From: a virus
Lineage: Duplodnaviria; Caudoviricetes
Direction: 5' to 3' (one strand)
IMG/VR virus record: IMGVR_UViG_3300044695_004869
DNA: 64,000 bases
Both the position numbers and the translations under genes were made by a program. Below the pieces are notes generated by a model. The model was not told where the DNA came from. It made no database searches and worked only from the letters and a program-made list of their open reading frames with translations. Positions 44,101 through 52,455 of the stretch are shown here, piece after piece (the stretch's first letter is position 1; each line of letters starts with the position of its first letter).

Positions 44101-45398
44101 AATGAATCCCATAAAGGATCTTTTTCACAAGTATCTTCTATTGAGGTATACCCTGTGGTTGCACAAGTAATACAATCGATACATTCATCACACGTATCAC
44201 AATCAGGACATTCATGTTCACATACCGGTGTGGTTTCACAATAAATAGGTGTAGGTGTTGGGGTAGGTGTTGGGGTAGGACTTGGTTCACATGGTTTACA
44301 CAATAATGGTACAATTGGCATTGGTGTTGGTGTAACACCTGTTATTAATGCACATGGGTGAGTTTTACATTCCCATCCACAAGTACCGCAAGGTTCCTCA
44401 CCACAATCACAACCACAATAACGTTTTTGTTCTTTACAAACGTCACATCCATAATTAAGGTGGTAATCATGAATTCCATCAACAGATCTTGGTGGATATA
44501 CAAATATACATCTACTATTTGTTACTCCTGTATTACAACAAGCACAAGTTACTAAACAATCTGCTAAATCAGAAGTAACTCTTGTATATCCCGTGAAACA
44601 TTTTGGGTGACCATCAGCGTGATGATAAAATTTATTTTCCGCTCTCGTACCTAAATAGAAAAAAGTATTTTTATTATCGGGATAAATTTCATTAAGTGTT
44701 GTTTCTCCCGTTGAAATAATTTTGTCGTTTAAAATTCTCGGTTTCAATAACATTTCAACTGACCAACCCTTGTTGGTTCTTTCAGGTAAAACTTCATAAT
44801 CATAACCAAATAATTTGTAAAACCCTTGATAAAACCCACCATATAACTTATGAAACTTTCCAACATTTGGTTCTGTTGCACTTTCTATTTCATATAATGT
44901 AGTTTTAGAGATACCTGAAAATCTATTATATTGCGAAGTATATCCCGTAACTTGGAACATCTTCATTCTTCTATCAAAATAAGTTCTTTGGAATTTTTCA
45001 GTTTGATTAAATAATCCATTAGTAAATGTGATTGTTTGACCAACTAAAGATGTTACCAAACCATTGTCCATTCCGACTAAACCTATATCACAAGCACTTT
45101 GAGCACTAAAACAAGTAAGATCTAAATTATCGGGGTTATAATAGTTTTCAGAAACAACTAAATTTCTAAAATCATATTGACCATAAGTGAGTGTTAAATT
45201 TTGTCTGGTGTTTGAACTATTTAAATCATAATAAACAGGTAATCTATTACCATATGTTTGTGCAATAAGATACGGGGAAAACACAACCTCTTGGTTGTAG
45301 TCCACCTCATCAGACGCTAAAGACATATCTGACGAATCCAACGCAAAACTTATTTTTAGTTTCGAGTACACATATTGATTAATGTTCTGTTGTGCCAT
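41109..45398 (-). CDS. Large putative structural protein: LamG-like core interrupted by a Cys-rich/Pro-Thr insertion, plus C-terminal modules
   Basis: GWSVEMLLKP...FFYLG and GRLKIYVNG...GGISQFRMYIDPL flank a very Cys-dense segment. A TPT linker and Cys-rich C-terminal domains follow. Confidence 0.7.
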   Translation of the reverse strand: MAQQNINQYVYSKLKISFALDSSDMSLASDEVDYNQEVVFSPYLIAQTYGNRLPVYYDLNSSNTRQNLTLTYGQYDFRNLVVSENYYNPDNLDLTCFSAQSACDIGLVGMDNGLVTSLVGQTITFTNGLFNQTEKFQRTYFDRRMKMFQVTGYTSQYNRFSGISKTTLYEIESATEPNVGKFHKLYGGFYQGFYKLFGYDYEVLPERTNKGWSVEMLLKPRILNDKIISTGETTLNEIYPDNKNTFFYLGTRAENKFYHHADGHPKCFTGYTRVTSDLADCLVTCACCNTGVTNSRCIFVYPPRSVDGIHDYHLNYGCDVCKEQKRYCGCDCGEEPCGTCGWECKTHPCALITGVTPTPMPIVPLLCKPCEPSPTPTPTPTPTPIYCETTPVCEHECPDCDTCDECIDCITCATTGYTSIEDTCEKDPLWDSLSNAFSVKFSGDPRNPRICVKALRFTGDCVTTGSCATTGITHMTGYTIDTYCSPNGIYDYCLTKCNEFFDVEKWLMVDVVWRRYTWLDTCDLQWRGGLGDITEIKYLDSLVNDTTKLIKPPYTHENCSIDPEQIELVKLNQKWLNDLEFRMGRLKIYVNGKPFFTIENFEEIIPRPLDTDKERQIGVPFNISWGGGTQGLRENLVFSSCTLPYTDYIQDPELFPPNVLSGTTLAGMRTNILLEQNFGGTFEGGISQFRMYIDPLDASEVKHNFKILKDRFNMFDPDCPDCNTYICPVDNFISDIIITPTPTPTNTQIVSPTPTKTPTNTPTPTITLSPNNTNNLCGPPCGLGFDTYSSNTVGQLVVGSITGGCGSITSYVIYWYDSLGNIQLVSGFGPLIAGFTPYTVTHPLTGAGSPPLPAGQYTPVLQAIIINGITYTSTGASGTTEANLDCFTNLDITVQSFSCENCTEVGHYKCRKSYITSPGSLVPAGTLSTTFALDPTQPYFAYAFKGESIPDTLKITFVNQDGTNYNSPIVVEYLTTGQSVPGDSDLSVNTIPKRLETGQAPSYYAKPINLSNFVINNGDYLILEVIPNSGITQTSWDLYFTCLESFDCDTCLSTNTPFKISASTLTFSADPICNILNVKGTVIGCPSYDNEDIFKFMHSVTNQYLPTFNSSDGTAYYPYSTYYALGGFNGNNFTSFNPNCSGVGYGPPSNCQATGNTINVTKVGSIITITCSSISDRDVYYNSYISTYNSTGWSPTPPLPTTIQYYTYIVFRHIIPLSSISTCGDNQYTVTNYNIHPTSVVTTGGGPGAYTMTINLANITNQYPLNNCNNCYAITDSYTQIINNSVSSPNINTTTNNGLRFDNPFANYVKINSYTPSQPLGYFGGAGLSIPYYSTQTIPYSGNPLTVIPSLSATTCDFGWMDFVNFINPNGLKEVQYFTKSFGSYWIQPTDPNNPTYFNLWDSWPSGTLIYEVNASFPNGNIVDPNYFI

Positions 45399-45407
45399 CT
45401 TTTTTTT

Positions 45408-45435
45408 AATAAATACAGCAAACGAAGTATTTATT
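45408..45435. promoter_or_regulatory. Back-to-back TATTTATT motifs forming an inverted repeat at the strand switch
   Basis: AATAAATAC-agcaaacgaa-GTATTTATT, 9 nt from the minus-strand ATG (45398) and 13 nt from the plus-strand ATG (45449). Confidence 0.65.
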
Positions 45436-45448
45436 GTAAAAAATACTT

Positions 45449-46408
45449 ATGATGAGTAAAATTACTGACGAACTTAAAAAATACAAAAACGCGGCAACTA
45501 GTGAGGCGAAAGAAACTAGATTGTTGGTTAAGATATTGATGTCAGCGGCGAAAGAGTATAAAAAGGATAAAAAGTTTAAATTAGATAATGAGGATGTACA
45601 ATTTATAAAAGATCAATCACAAGACCTTTTAAAATTAATTCCTTTAATTGTTATTCAAATTTTACCCGGTGCTACCATCGCCACTCCATTTATTGTTGAA
45701 CTAAGTAAAAAATTAGGAATTAAATTAAATAGTAAAATTCCTGAAAAACACAAAGAAAAAAAATCGGGAGGTGAGATTGATGAATTAGTAAATTCTGATG
45801 GGTCTATGATTGGAAAATCAACACCAATGTTAGATTTAGGCATGCATCCAAGAAAAACAATGGACCAAACGGTTATTGCCACAAGACAAACAAATAACCC
45901 TGCCGTTAGAGGTTATAGAGTTTACTATGGTGAATCTGAAGAAAAAGATGATGAAAAAATGTTAGATGAATATAATTTGAAACCTACGTTTGCTTATGAT
46001 GAAACAGAAGATGTTTCAACATATGAGAAAGCGGATGAAGTATTAATTGATTTAGGGATAGAAGATGATTGTGAAAGACATGAAAGATTGGAAGTTTTAG
46101 GTTTTGATCCTGAGTTAGACGATCAACTAGAAGATGAAAAGGAACACGGTGAATGTGAAGATTGTTTCACTAAAAGAAGATTGGCCGAATTAGAAAAACA
46201 AAAGATGACCAAAATGATTGATGAAATAATAGTTGGTAAAAAAAGTAACGATAATGATTTCGTAAAAAAAACAAAAGAAGAAGAGGATGAGGATAAATCT
46301 CCAATTAGTAAAATATTAATGAGAAACATTGAATCAATTAAAAAAATTGCAGAAAAAGAAGGTATATCATTGAATAAACTATTTAAACATTTTAGACAAA
46401 GTGAATAA
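45449..46408 (+). CDS. Hypothetical protein with LETM1-like N-terminal segment and acidic C-terminus
   Basis: DQSQDLLKLIPLIVIQILPGATIATPFI resembles the LETM1 ribosome-binding-domain hairpin. Confidence 0.45.
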   Translation: MMSKITDELKKYKNAATSEAKETRLLVKILMSAAKEYKKDKKFKLDNEDVQFIKDQSQDLLKLIPLIVIQILPGATIATPFIVELSKKLGIKLNSKIPEKHKEKKSGGEIDELVNSDGSMIGKSTPMLDLGMHPRKTMDQTVIATRQTNNPAVRGYRVYYGESEEKDDEKMLDEYNLKPTFAYDETEDVSTYEKADEVLIDLGIEDDCERHERLEVLGFDPELDDQLEDEKEHGECEDCFTKRRLAELEKQKMTKMIDEIIVGKKSNDNDFVKKTKEEEDEDKSPISKILMRNIESIKKIAEKEGISLNKLFKHFRQSE

Positions 46409-46868
46409 GGAATTATACGGTAAAATGATACCACTACCTAAAGAACTTTTAGAATATCTAGGACAATGTTTTGATCAGGTACCTAATTCTGACGCTTCAG
46501 TAGAAGGTCATAAAAGAAATGAATTTTTAAGAGATAGAGGACAAGCGTCTTTCCAACAATTAGAAAGAATTGAAAATTGGTTTAACTATTATGACGGAGA
46601 AAAAGAATCCGCACCATATATTTTAAATGGTGGTGATTATATGAGAAGTTGGGTAACTCAAACAATAGATGGTTTAAGAAGAGGAACAACAACTCCCGAA
46701 ATAACAAATGATGTTATGCCTGACGATGTTAATGACGATCTTATTGATGACATGGGATGGTTGTCAAATATGAATAGAGATGTGAAATCACATAAAGATG
46801 TGAATGATGATATAAAAATCACAGAAGCCTTAAGAAGGATAAACGACATAATGAAAAAAATAATTTAA
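46401..46868 (+). CDS. Hypothetical protein
   Basis: GTG start overlapping the upstream stop, in a coupled operon. Confidence 0.7.
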   Translation: MNKELYGKMIPLPKELLEYLGQCFDQVPNSDASVEGHKRNEFLRDRGQASFQQLERIENWFNYYDGEKESAPYILNGGDYMRSWVTQTIDGLRRGTTTPEITNDVMPDDVNDDLIDDMGWLSNMNRDVKSHKDVNDDIKITEALRRINDIMKKII

Positions 46869-46869
46869 T

Positions 46870-47157
46870 ATGCCAGTTACAGAACCACTTAATTTTAGTC
46901 AACCGGATAATGAGTTGTCTCAAATTGCCGTACAACAAAGATCAAAATTATTCCCAAAGAATGATTATAAAGATACGAATAAATACTCTTCAACTAACCC
47001 TGATGCAATTGCCGATGGTGATGAATTAGGAAAAGGTACTGGTGTATTTTTAGATACCGTTAATGGAGGATCTTCAATAGATGCCCTTGAGAGAAAAAAT
47101 GGTATTAAAGTAAATGAATATCAAGCTAACAAACCATATACAACTCCTTCGGCGTAA
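46870..47157 (+). CDS. Hypothetical phage protein
   Basis: 95-aa ORF tightly packed in the operon. Confidence 0.7.
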   Translation: MPVTEPLNFSQPDNELSQIAVQQRSKLFPKNDYKDTNKYSSTNPDAIADGDELGKGTGVFLDTVNGGSSIDALERKNGIKVNEYQANKPYTTPSA

Positions 47158-47810
47158 TGAAACTTTACAATACTTTAAAAGATATTATTCTTGAGGTAGT
47201 TGCCGTTAATTCAGTTACAGACACAATTAAAAAGAAACAAAAAATTGTGGTGTACTATGATGGTGATGAACCAGGAGGTAAAGGTTTGCGTTTAATTGAA
47301 CCTGTATGTTTTGGGTATAGTAAAGCCGATAACCCTGTTTTAAGGGCTTGGGATTTAGAAGGAGCGTCTCACACCGCATATAAAGGAGAACAACCTTTAC
47401 CGGGATGGAGATTATTTAGGTTAGATAAGATATTAACTTACAAACCATCAGGTGAAAATTTTGATTCACCAAGACCCGGATATAACCCAAGAGGTGACAG
47501 AAGTATGAACAGAGTTATTATTAACGCTGTTTTTGATGAAGGAGTGGAACCAACAATAGAAAGCTCAATAAATGATATTGTTGCTACTGTTGTTAATTCA
47601 ATGATAAACAATATTATTCAAAAAGAAGGAGAAGAATATTTGGTAAATGTTGATCTATCTAAGGCGGCAGAATCTTATAGACAAATTTATCAAGAATTAG
47701 AAAGAAGATTAAATAGAAAATTAACACCCGAAGATAGAGATAACTTCAGAAGTCAAATACAAGATTTAATTCGTCAGTCACAAGATTTAGTAATAAATAA
47801 TATAAAATAA
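47157..47810 (+). CDS. Stand-alone WYL-domain protein
   Basis: IVVYYD...RLIEPVCFG...VLRAW...WRLFRLDKI. Confidence 0.75.
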   Translation: MKLYNTLKDIILEVVAVNSVTDTIKKKQKIVVYYDGDEPGGKGLRLIEPVCFGYSKADNPVLRAWDLEGASHTAYKGEQPLPGWRLFRLDKILTYKPSGENFDSPRPGYNPRGDRSMNRVIINAVFDEGVEPTIESSINDIVATVVNSMINNIIQKEGEEYLVNVDLSKAAESYRQIYQELERRLNRKLTPEDRDNFRSQIQDLIRQSQDLVINNIK

Positions 47811-47813
47811 AAA

Positions 47814-48407
47814 ATGGGAGCAGAACAAGATTTAATACAAAAATTAATGATTTCTAAACAAATTATGGATAAACATAATGGTATGAGCAGAAATCAAACT
47901 CAAGGTAATGTATTGTCTTCACCTATGGTAGAAGAATTTTCACCAGTACAAGCCAATTATAATTTACCACCCGATTTGTTATCAGAAACAAATACGGCAC
48001 CAACTAAAATTAATACAGAATTACCAACATCAGATAGAATTCTTAATTCAAGATTACCCGATGAAATTAAAAAATTAATGATGGAACATCCAATACAACA
48101 ACCAAATATGGGTGTTTCCACGGGTTCTGTTTTATCTAATGAACTAGTTGAAAAGGCATCAAGATTAATGAATACAAATGCGAAGGGAGACACCATTCAA
48201 CAACGTAAACCACAACAACAAATTAACGAAAGTATCCCAACCAACAATAATTTAAAAAATATTATTAGAGAAACAATGGAAGAAGTTTTAAAAGAGAACG
48301 GTCTACTTGTTGAATCAGAATCAAAAAGTAATGATCTTTTTAAATTCAGAGTTGGTGACCATATCTTTGAGGGTAAGATTGTTAGAGTTAAAAAAGTTTC
48401 CAAATAA
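47814..48407 (+). CDS. Hypothetical protein
   Basis: 197-aa ORF followed by a terminator. Confidence 0.7.
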   Translation: MGAEQDLIQKLMISKQIMDKHNGMSRNQTQGNVLSSPMVEEFSPVQANYNLPPDLLSETNTAPTKINTELPTSDRILNSRLPDEIKKLMMEHPIQQPNMGVSTGSVLSNELVEKASRLMNTNAKGDTIQQRKPQQQINESIPTNNNLKNIIRETMEEVLKENGLLVESESKSNDLFKFRVGDHIFEGKIVRVKKVSK

Positions 48408-48431
48408 AACAATTCATAATTTAATTTATTT

Positions 48432-48460
48432 CCCCATTCTCTTTGAGTTTGGGGTTTTTT
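48432..48460 (+). terminator. Probable intrinsic terminator (imperfect stem)
   Basis: CCCCATTCTC-TTT-GAGTTTGGGG followed by TTTTTT, just after the stop at 48407. Confidence 0.6.
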
Positions 48461-48521
48461 ATTTTTGGGGTTGATATTAATCTATTAATTGATTATATTT
48501 CTAATAAATTTATATTTTATT

Positions 48522-49736
48522 ATGACAAAAATTAATGTATTAGTTCTCCCAAGTGACAAATCTGGTGTAGGAAAGTTTAGGTCAGTTGACCCCCATGTTA
48601 TGTTACAAAATATGTATCCTGAAGATTTTCATATAGACATTGACTACGAACCAAAAGTTATGGATCAAAACTATTGGAAAAAATATCAAATTGTACACGT
48701 ACATAGAAATATTGGGCAGACGTATGAAGAGACACCAAAATTGATTGAGTGGTTAAAATCAAATGGTATTATAGTAATTGTTGATATTGATGATTATTGG
48801 TTACCGACAAAAGAACACCCAATACACCAATTAATTATACAAAATAAAATTCATCAAAAAATTATGGATAATTTAAAGGTTGCATCTTATGTTACAACTA
48901 CAACTAAATTATTTGCAGATGAGATTAGAAAATATAATAAAAATGTTGAGGTATTTGCTAACGCCATTAACCCGAAAGATCCACAGTTCAATGAACAAAC
49001 ATTATCATCTGACAAAATAAGAGTTGGTTGGTTAGGTGGGTCATCTCACCTTCACGATTTAAAATTGATGAGTGGGTTTGTTTCAAAATTATCTCCACTA
49101 CAAGATAAATTACAATATTATGTTTGTGGTTTTGATACAAGAGGTACGGTTACGGAAATTAATAAGGAAACAGGTCAACAGACACAAAGAGCAATTAAAC
49201 CTGAGGAAACTGTTTGGGCAAGATATGAAGAAATTTTCACCGACAATTATAAAATTGTAACACCAAAATATAAGGAATTCTTAAGTAAGTTTGAAGAAAA
49301 AGAATTTTTTGGGTGGGAAAATGAAAACTATGTAAGAGTATGGACAAGACCTGTTACAACTTACGCAAAAAACTACGCTAAATTTGATATCTCATTGGCC
49401 CCAATCCAAAACCACATATTCAATAGAATGAAATCTCAATTAAAAGTTATTGAGGCAGGATTCTATAAGAAAGCATTAATTGCTTCTAATGTGGGTCCAT
49501 ATACGATTGATTTGAAACACGCATTACACCAAGGTCAATTTACGGATGGAAATGCATTATTAGTAAATGAATCAAACAACCATAGTGATTGGGCAAAAAA
49601 TATAAAAAAATTAGTAGAAAACCCAAGTATGATAGTTGATTTGGGTGAACGATTATATGAAACAGTTAAAGATAGATACGATCTTAATAACGTAACAAAA
49701 GAAAGAGCAGAATTTTACAAATCCTTAATTAAATAA
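48522..49736 (+). CDS. GT-B (GT4-like) glycosyltransferase
   Basis: SGVGKFR, IVDIDDYW, VGWLGGSSH, DISLAPIQ...KSQLKVIEAG. The likely start is the ATG at 48522 (the track extends to a TTG at 48489). Confidence 0.75.
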   Translation: MTKINVLVLPSDKSGVGKFRSVDPHVMLQNMYPEDFHIDIDYEPKVMDQNYWKKYQIVHVHRNIGQTYEETPKLIEWLKSNGIIVIVDIDDYWLPTKEHPIHQLIIQNKIHQKIMDNLKVASYVTTTTKLFADEIRKYNKNVEVFANAINPKDPQFNEQTLSSDKIRVGWLGGSSHLHDLKLMSGFVSKLSPLQDKLQYYVCGFDTRGTVTEINKETGQQTQRAIKPEETVWARYEEIFTDNYKIVTPKYKEFLSKFEEKEFFGWENENYVRVWTRPVTTYAKNYAKFDISLAPIQNHIFNRMKSQLKVIEAGFYKKALIASNVGPYTIDLKHALHQGQFTDGNALLVNESNNHSDWAKNIKKLVENPSMIVDLGERLYETVKDRYDLNNVTKERAEFYKSLIK

Positions 49737-49739
49737 AAA

Positions 49740-50459
49740 ATGATTAACGTACCAATTACAAAAATTTTATTCCTTGATATTGAAACAGTTGGAATATCAA
49801 AAGATTATGACACTTGTGTAAAAGAATATCCAAGATTAGGTGAACAATTTGACAAATACTTTGATTGGTTCTTAAAAAGATTTCCGGAAGACCAATTGAT
49901 TGGTAAGAATGAAAACGAAAGAAAGAATTTAATCTTCTCAACAAGAACCGCATTGGTCCCTGAATTTGCTAAAATTGTTTGTGTGAGTGTTGCTTTCGTA
50001 ACAGATAAGAATGAAGTTAAAAAACAAACATTCTCAAACGATAATGAAGAAACACTTTTAAGTGAACTTCAAACATTGTTAAATCGTTGTGGTAAATTAG
50101 ATTTCCATTTATGTGGTCATAACTTAAAGAATTTTGATATTCCAATGATTGCTAAACGTATGATTATTAATGGATTAAAACCATCATCAATTTTACCATC
50201 ATATGATACTAAACCTTGGGAGATCAAAGCAATTGATACTAAAGATGTTTGGCAATATGGTGCATATACCGCAATCGGATCATTGGACTTAATGTGTTCG
50301 GCGTTAGATATTCCAACACCAAAAGGTGGGGAAGTAACGGGAGATAAAGTTCATGATTGTTATTGGAACAAAGGTATGTTAAAAGAAATTGGGGAATACT
50401 GTGAACGAGATGTTGAGGTTCTGATTGATGCAATCATAAAATTAAAACAATTAAAATAA
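49740..50459 (+). CDS. 3'-5' exonuclease, PolB-exonuclease-related (DEDDy)
   Basis: FLDIETV, GHNLKNFDIP, EYCERDV. Confidence 0.85.
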   Translation: MINVPITKILFLDIETVGISKDYDTCVKEYPRLGEQFDKYFDWFLKRFPEDQLIGKNENERKNLIFSTRTALVPEFAKIVCVSVAFVTDKNEVKKQTFSNDNEETLLSELQTLLNRCGKLDFHLCGHNLKNFDIPMIAKRMIINGLKPSSILPSYDTKPWEIKAIDTKDVWQYGAYTAIGSLDLMCSALDIPTPKGGEVTGDKVHDCYWNKGMLKEIGEYCERDVEVLIDAIIKLKQLK

Positions 50460-51067
50460 TGAACGATAATAAAGTTGATGAGTTTGAGGAAATGCTCAAA
50501 CGAGTTAGTACTCTTGAGGCAGCGTTAGATGATGATGGTGAAATAGAAATTGATTATGATTCCATAATCCAAGAATTTGGTTTAGATGTTGAGGAATTGG
50601 AAAGAGCAATGGAATCCATGCAACCCACAATTAAATTACATTATAGTAAATCTAATTCAGGATCAACATCCCCATCATACGCATACCAAACAGATTCGGG
50701 AATGGATTTATTTTCTACCGAATCAATCACATTAAAACCTTTTGGTAGAGGTTTGATCCCAACGGGAATACATTTTGATATACCTGAAAATTATGAAATA
50801 CAAGTTAGATCAAAAAGTGGTTTGGCATTAAATCAAGGATTGATGGTTTTAAATTCTCCCGGCACTGTAGATCAAGGATATACTGGTGAAATAAAAGTTA
50901 TAATGTTTAACACGACTAGTAATCCCGTAGAAATTAAACAAGGTCAGAAAATTGCTCAAGCAGTTATGACACCTGTAGTTTGTGGTAAATGGATTGAATT
51001 AACTGAAGTGGATAATGTTACCTCGAAAGATAGAGAGGATAAAGGGTTTGGAAGTACAGGAATATGA
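50459..51067 (+). CDS. dut: Trimeric dUTPase with acidic N-terminal extension
   Basis: All five motifs: SGMDL, RSKSGLA, GTVDQGYTGEI, KIAQAV, GFGSTG. Confidence 0.92.
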   Translation: MNDNKVDEFEEMLKRVSTLEAALDDDGEIEIDYDSIIQEFGLDVEELERAMESMQPTIKLHYSKSNSGSTSPSYAYQTDSGMDLFSTESITLKPFGRGLIPTGIHFDIPENYEIQVRSKSGLALNQGLMVLNSPGTVDQGYTGEIKVIMFNTTSNPVEIKQGQKIAQAVMTPVVCGKWIELTEVDNVTSKDREDKGFGSTGI

Positions 51068-52455
51068 TTACGATTGGATATAGTACAAAATCAACAAAAC
51101 CAAATTTTATAAGTCACATAAAAGAAACTTGTGGTTTAGACAATGTCCAAATCATTGAGAAAATTAATAATGGTGATAAATGTTTATCTGCAACTTATAA
51201 TGAAATTTTGTCCGAAAGTTTAAATGATATTGTTGTTTTATGTCATGACGATATAATATTTGAAAAACCATATTGGGCAAAAAGAGTTATTGAACATTTC
51301 ACAAAGAGACCTGAATTTGGGGTTCTTGGAGTTGCGGGAACAAGATACTATCCTTCTACTGGTATGTGGTGGGAAATTACTTCTGAAATGGTTGGTCAGG
51401 TTTACCACAAACATAATGGTAAAAAATGGTTATCATCATATAACGATCCTTTTGGAAACAAAGTTATTGACACCGTTATTATTGATGGTGTTTTTATGAT
51501 GATAAATAAGAAAAAAATATTTACAACATTCAATGAAGAAGTTGAGGGGTTTCACTTTTATGATACCACATTTTCATTTGAAAATCATATTAACGGAGTT
51601 AAGGTTGGTGTAGTTTCAAATATCCCAATTACTCACCTATCAATAGGTATGACGAACGATCAATGGAATAAAAATAGAGAAAAGTTTATTGAAAATTATA
51701 AGGATCACTTACCTAATATTTTAGAGAATAACCTACCGGTTAATCCCCAAAACAAAAAACTTCCTTTGGTCTCTGTAATTATGCCAGTTTATAATTATGG
51801 AAAAATGTTTCAAAAATCTATTGAGTCGGTATTCAACTCAACTTATAAAAACTTTGAACTAATCATTGTTAATGATGGGTCTACAGATGAATATATTATA
51901 AATAAATTAAATTCTCTATCTAACCACCCTAATATAAAAATTATTAATCAAGAAAATGGTGGTCCGGCAAACGCAAGAAATAACGGAATAAAAAATTCAA
52001 ATGGAGAATATATTTTACCATTAGATTCTGATGACATGATCTCCGCAGAATATATTCAAACTTGTGTTAATATTATTAGAAAAGATAAAAAAATTAGTCC
52101 TGTATATTGTGATACAAATCATGTTGGTCAAATAAGTGGGGTTGAGAATAGACCTGAATGGTCAAAAGAAAGATTAATACAAGGTCCATTTATTGTTAAT
52201 TGTTCAATGTTTACAAGAGAATCTTTTGAAATGTGTGGAGGATATGATGAGGAAATGAAAGGATGGGAAGATTATGATTTATGGGTTAGAATGATGAATA
52301 ATGGTTTTGTTGGTAAAAGAATACCAAAACCATTGTTTACCTACTATCACCACGAAAAAGATGGGACCGTGTCAACAGAAGCAAATAAAAATACGAAAGA
52401 ATTATATGAATATATAATGTCTAAAAATAATATATTTAAAAATGAAAATAACTGA
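51064..52455 (+). CDS. Two-domain GT-A glycosyltransferase (GT2-like + GT2)
   Basis: VVLCHDDIIF...FHFYD, then LVSVIMPVYN...VNDGSTD...ARNNG...LDSDD...WEDYDLW. Confidence 0.85.
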   Translation: MITIGYSTKSTKPNFISHIKETCGLDNVQIIEKINNGDKCLSATYNEILSESLNDIVVLCHDDIIFEKPYWAKRVIEHFTKRPEFGVLGVAGTRYYPSTGMWWEITSEMVGQVYHKHNGKKWLSSYNDPFGNKVIDTVIIDGVFMMINKKKIFTTFNEEVEGFHFYDTTFSFENHINGVKVGVVSNIPITHLSIGMTNDQWNKNREKFIENYKDHLPNILENNLPVNPQNKKLPLVSVIMPVYNYGKMFQKSIESVFNSTYKNFELIIVNDGSTDEYIINKLNSLSNHPNIKIINQENGGPANARNNGIKNSNGEYILPLDSDDMISAEYIQTCVNIIRKDKKISPVYCDTNHVGQISGVENRPEWSKERLIQGPFIVNCSMFTRESFEMCGGYDEEMKGWEDYDLWVRMMNNGFVGKRIPKPLFTYYHHEKDGTVSTEANKNTKELYEYIMSKNNIFKNENN

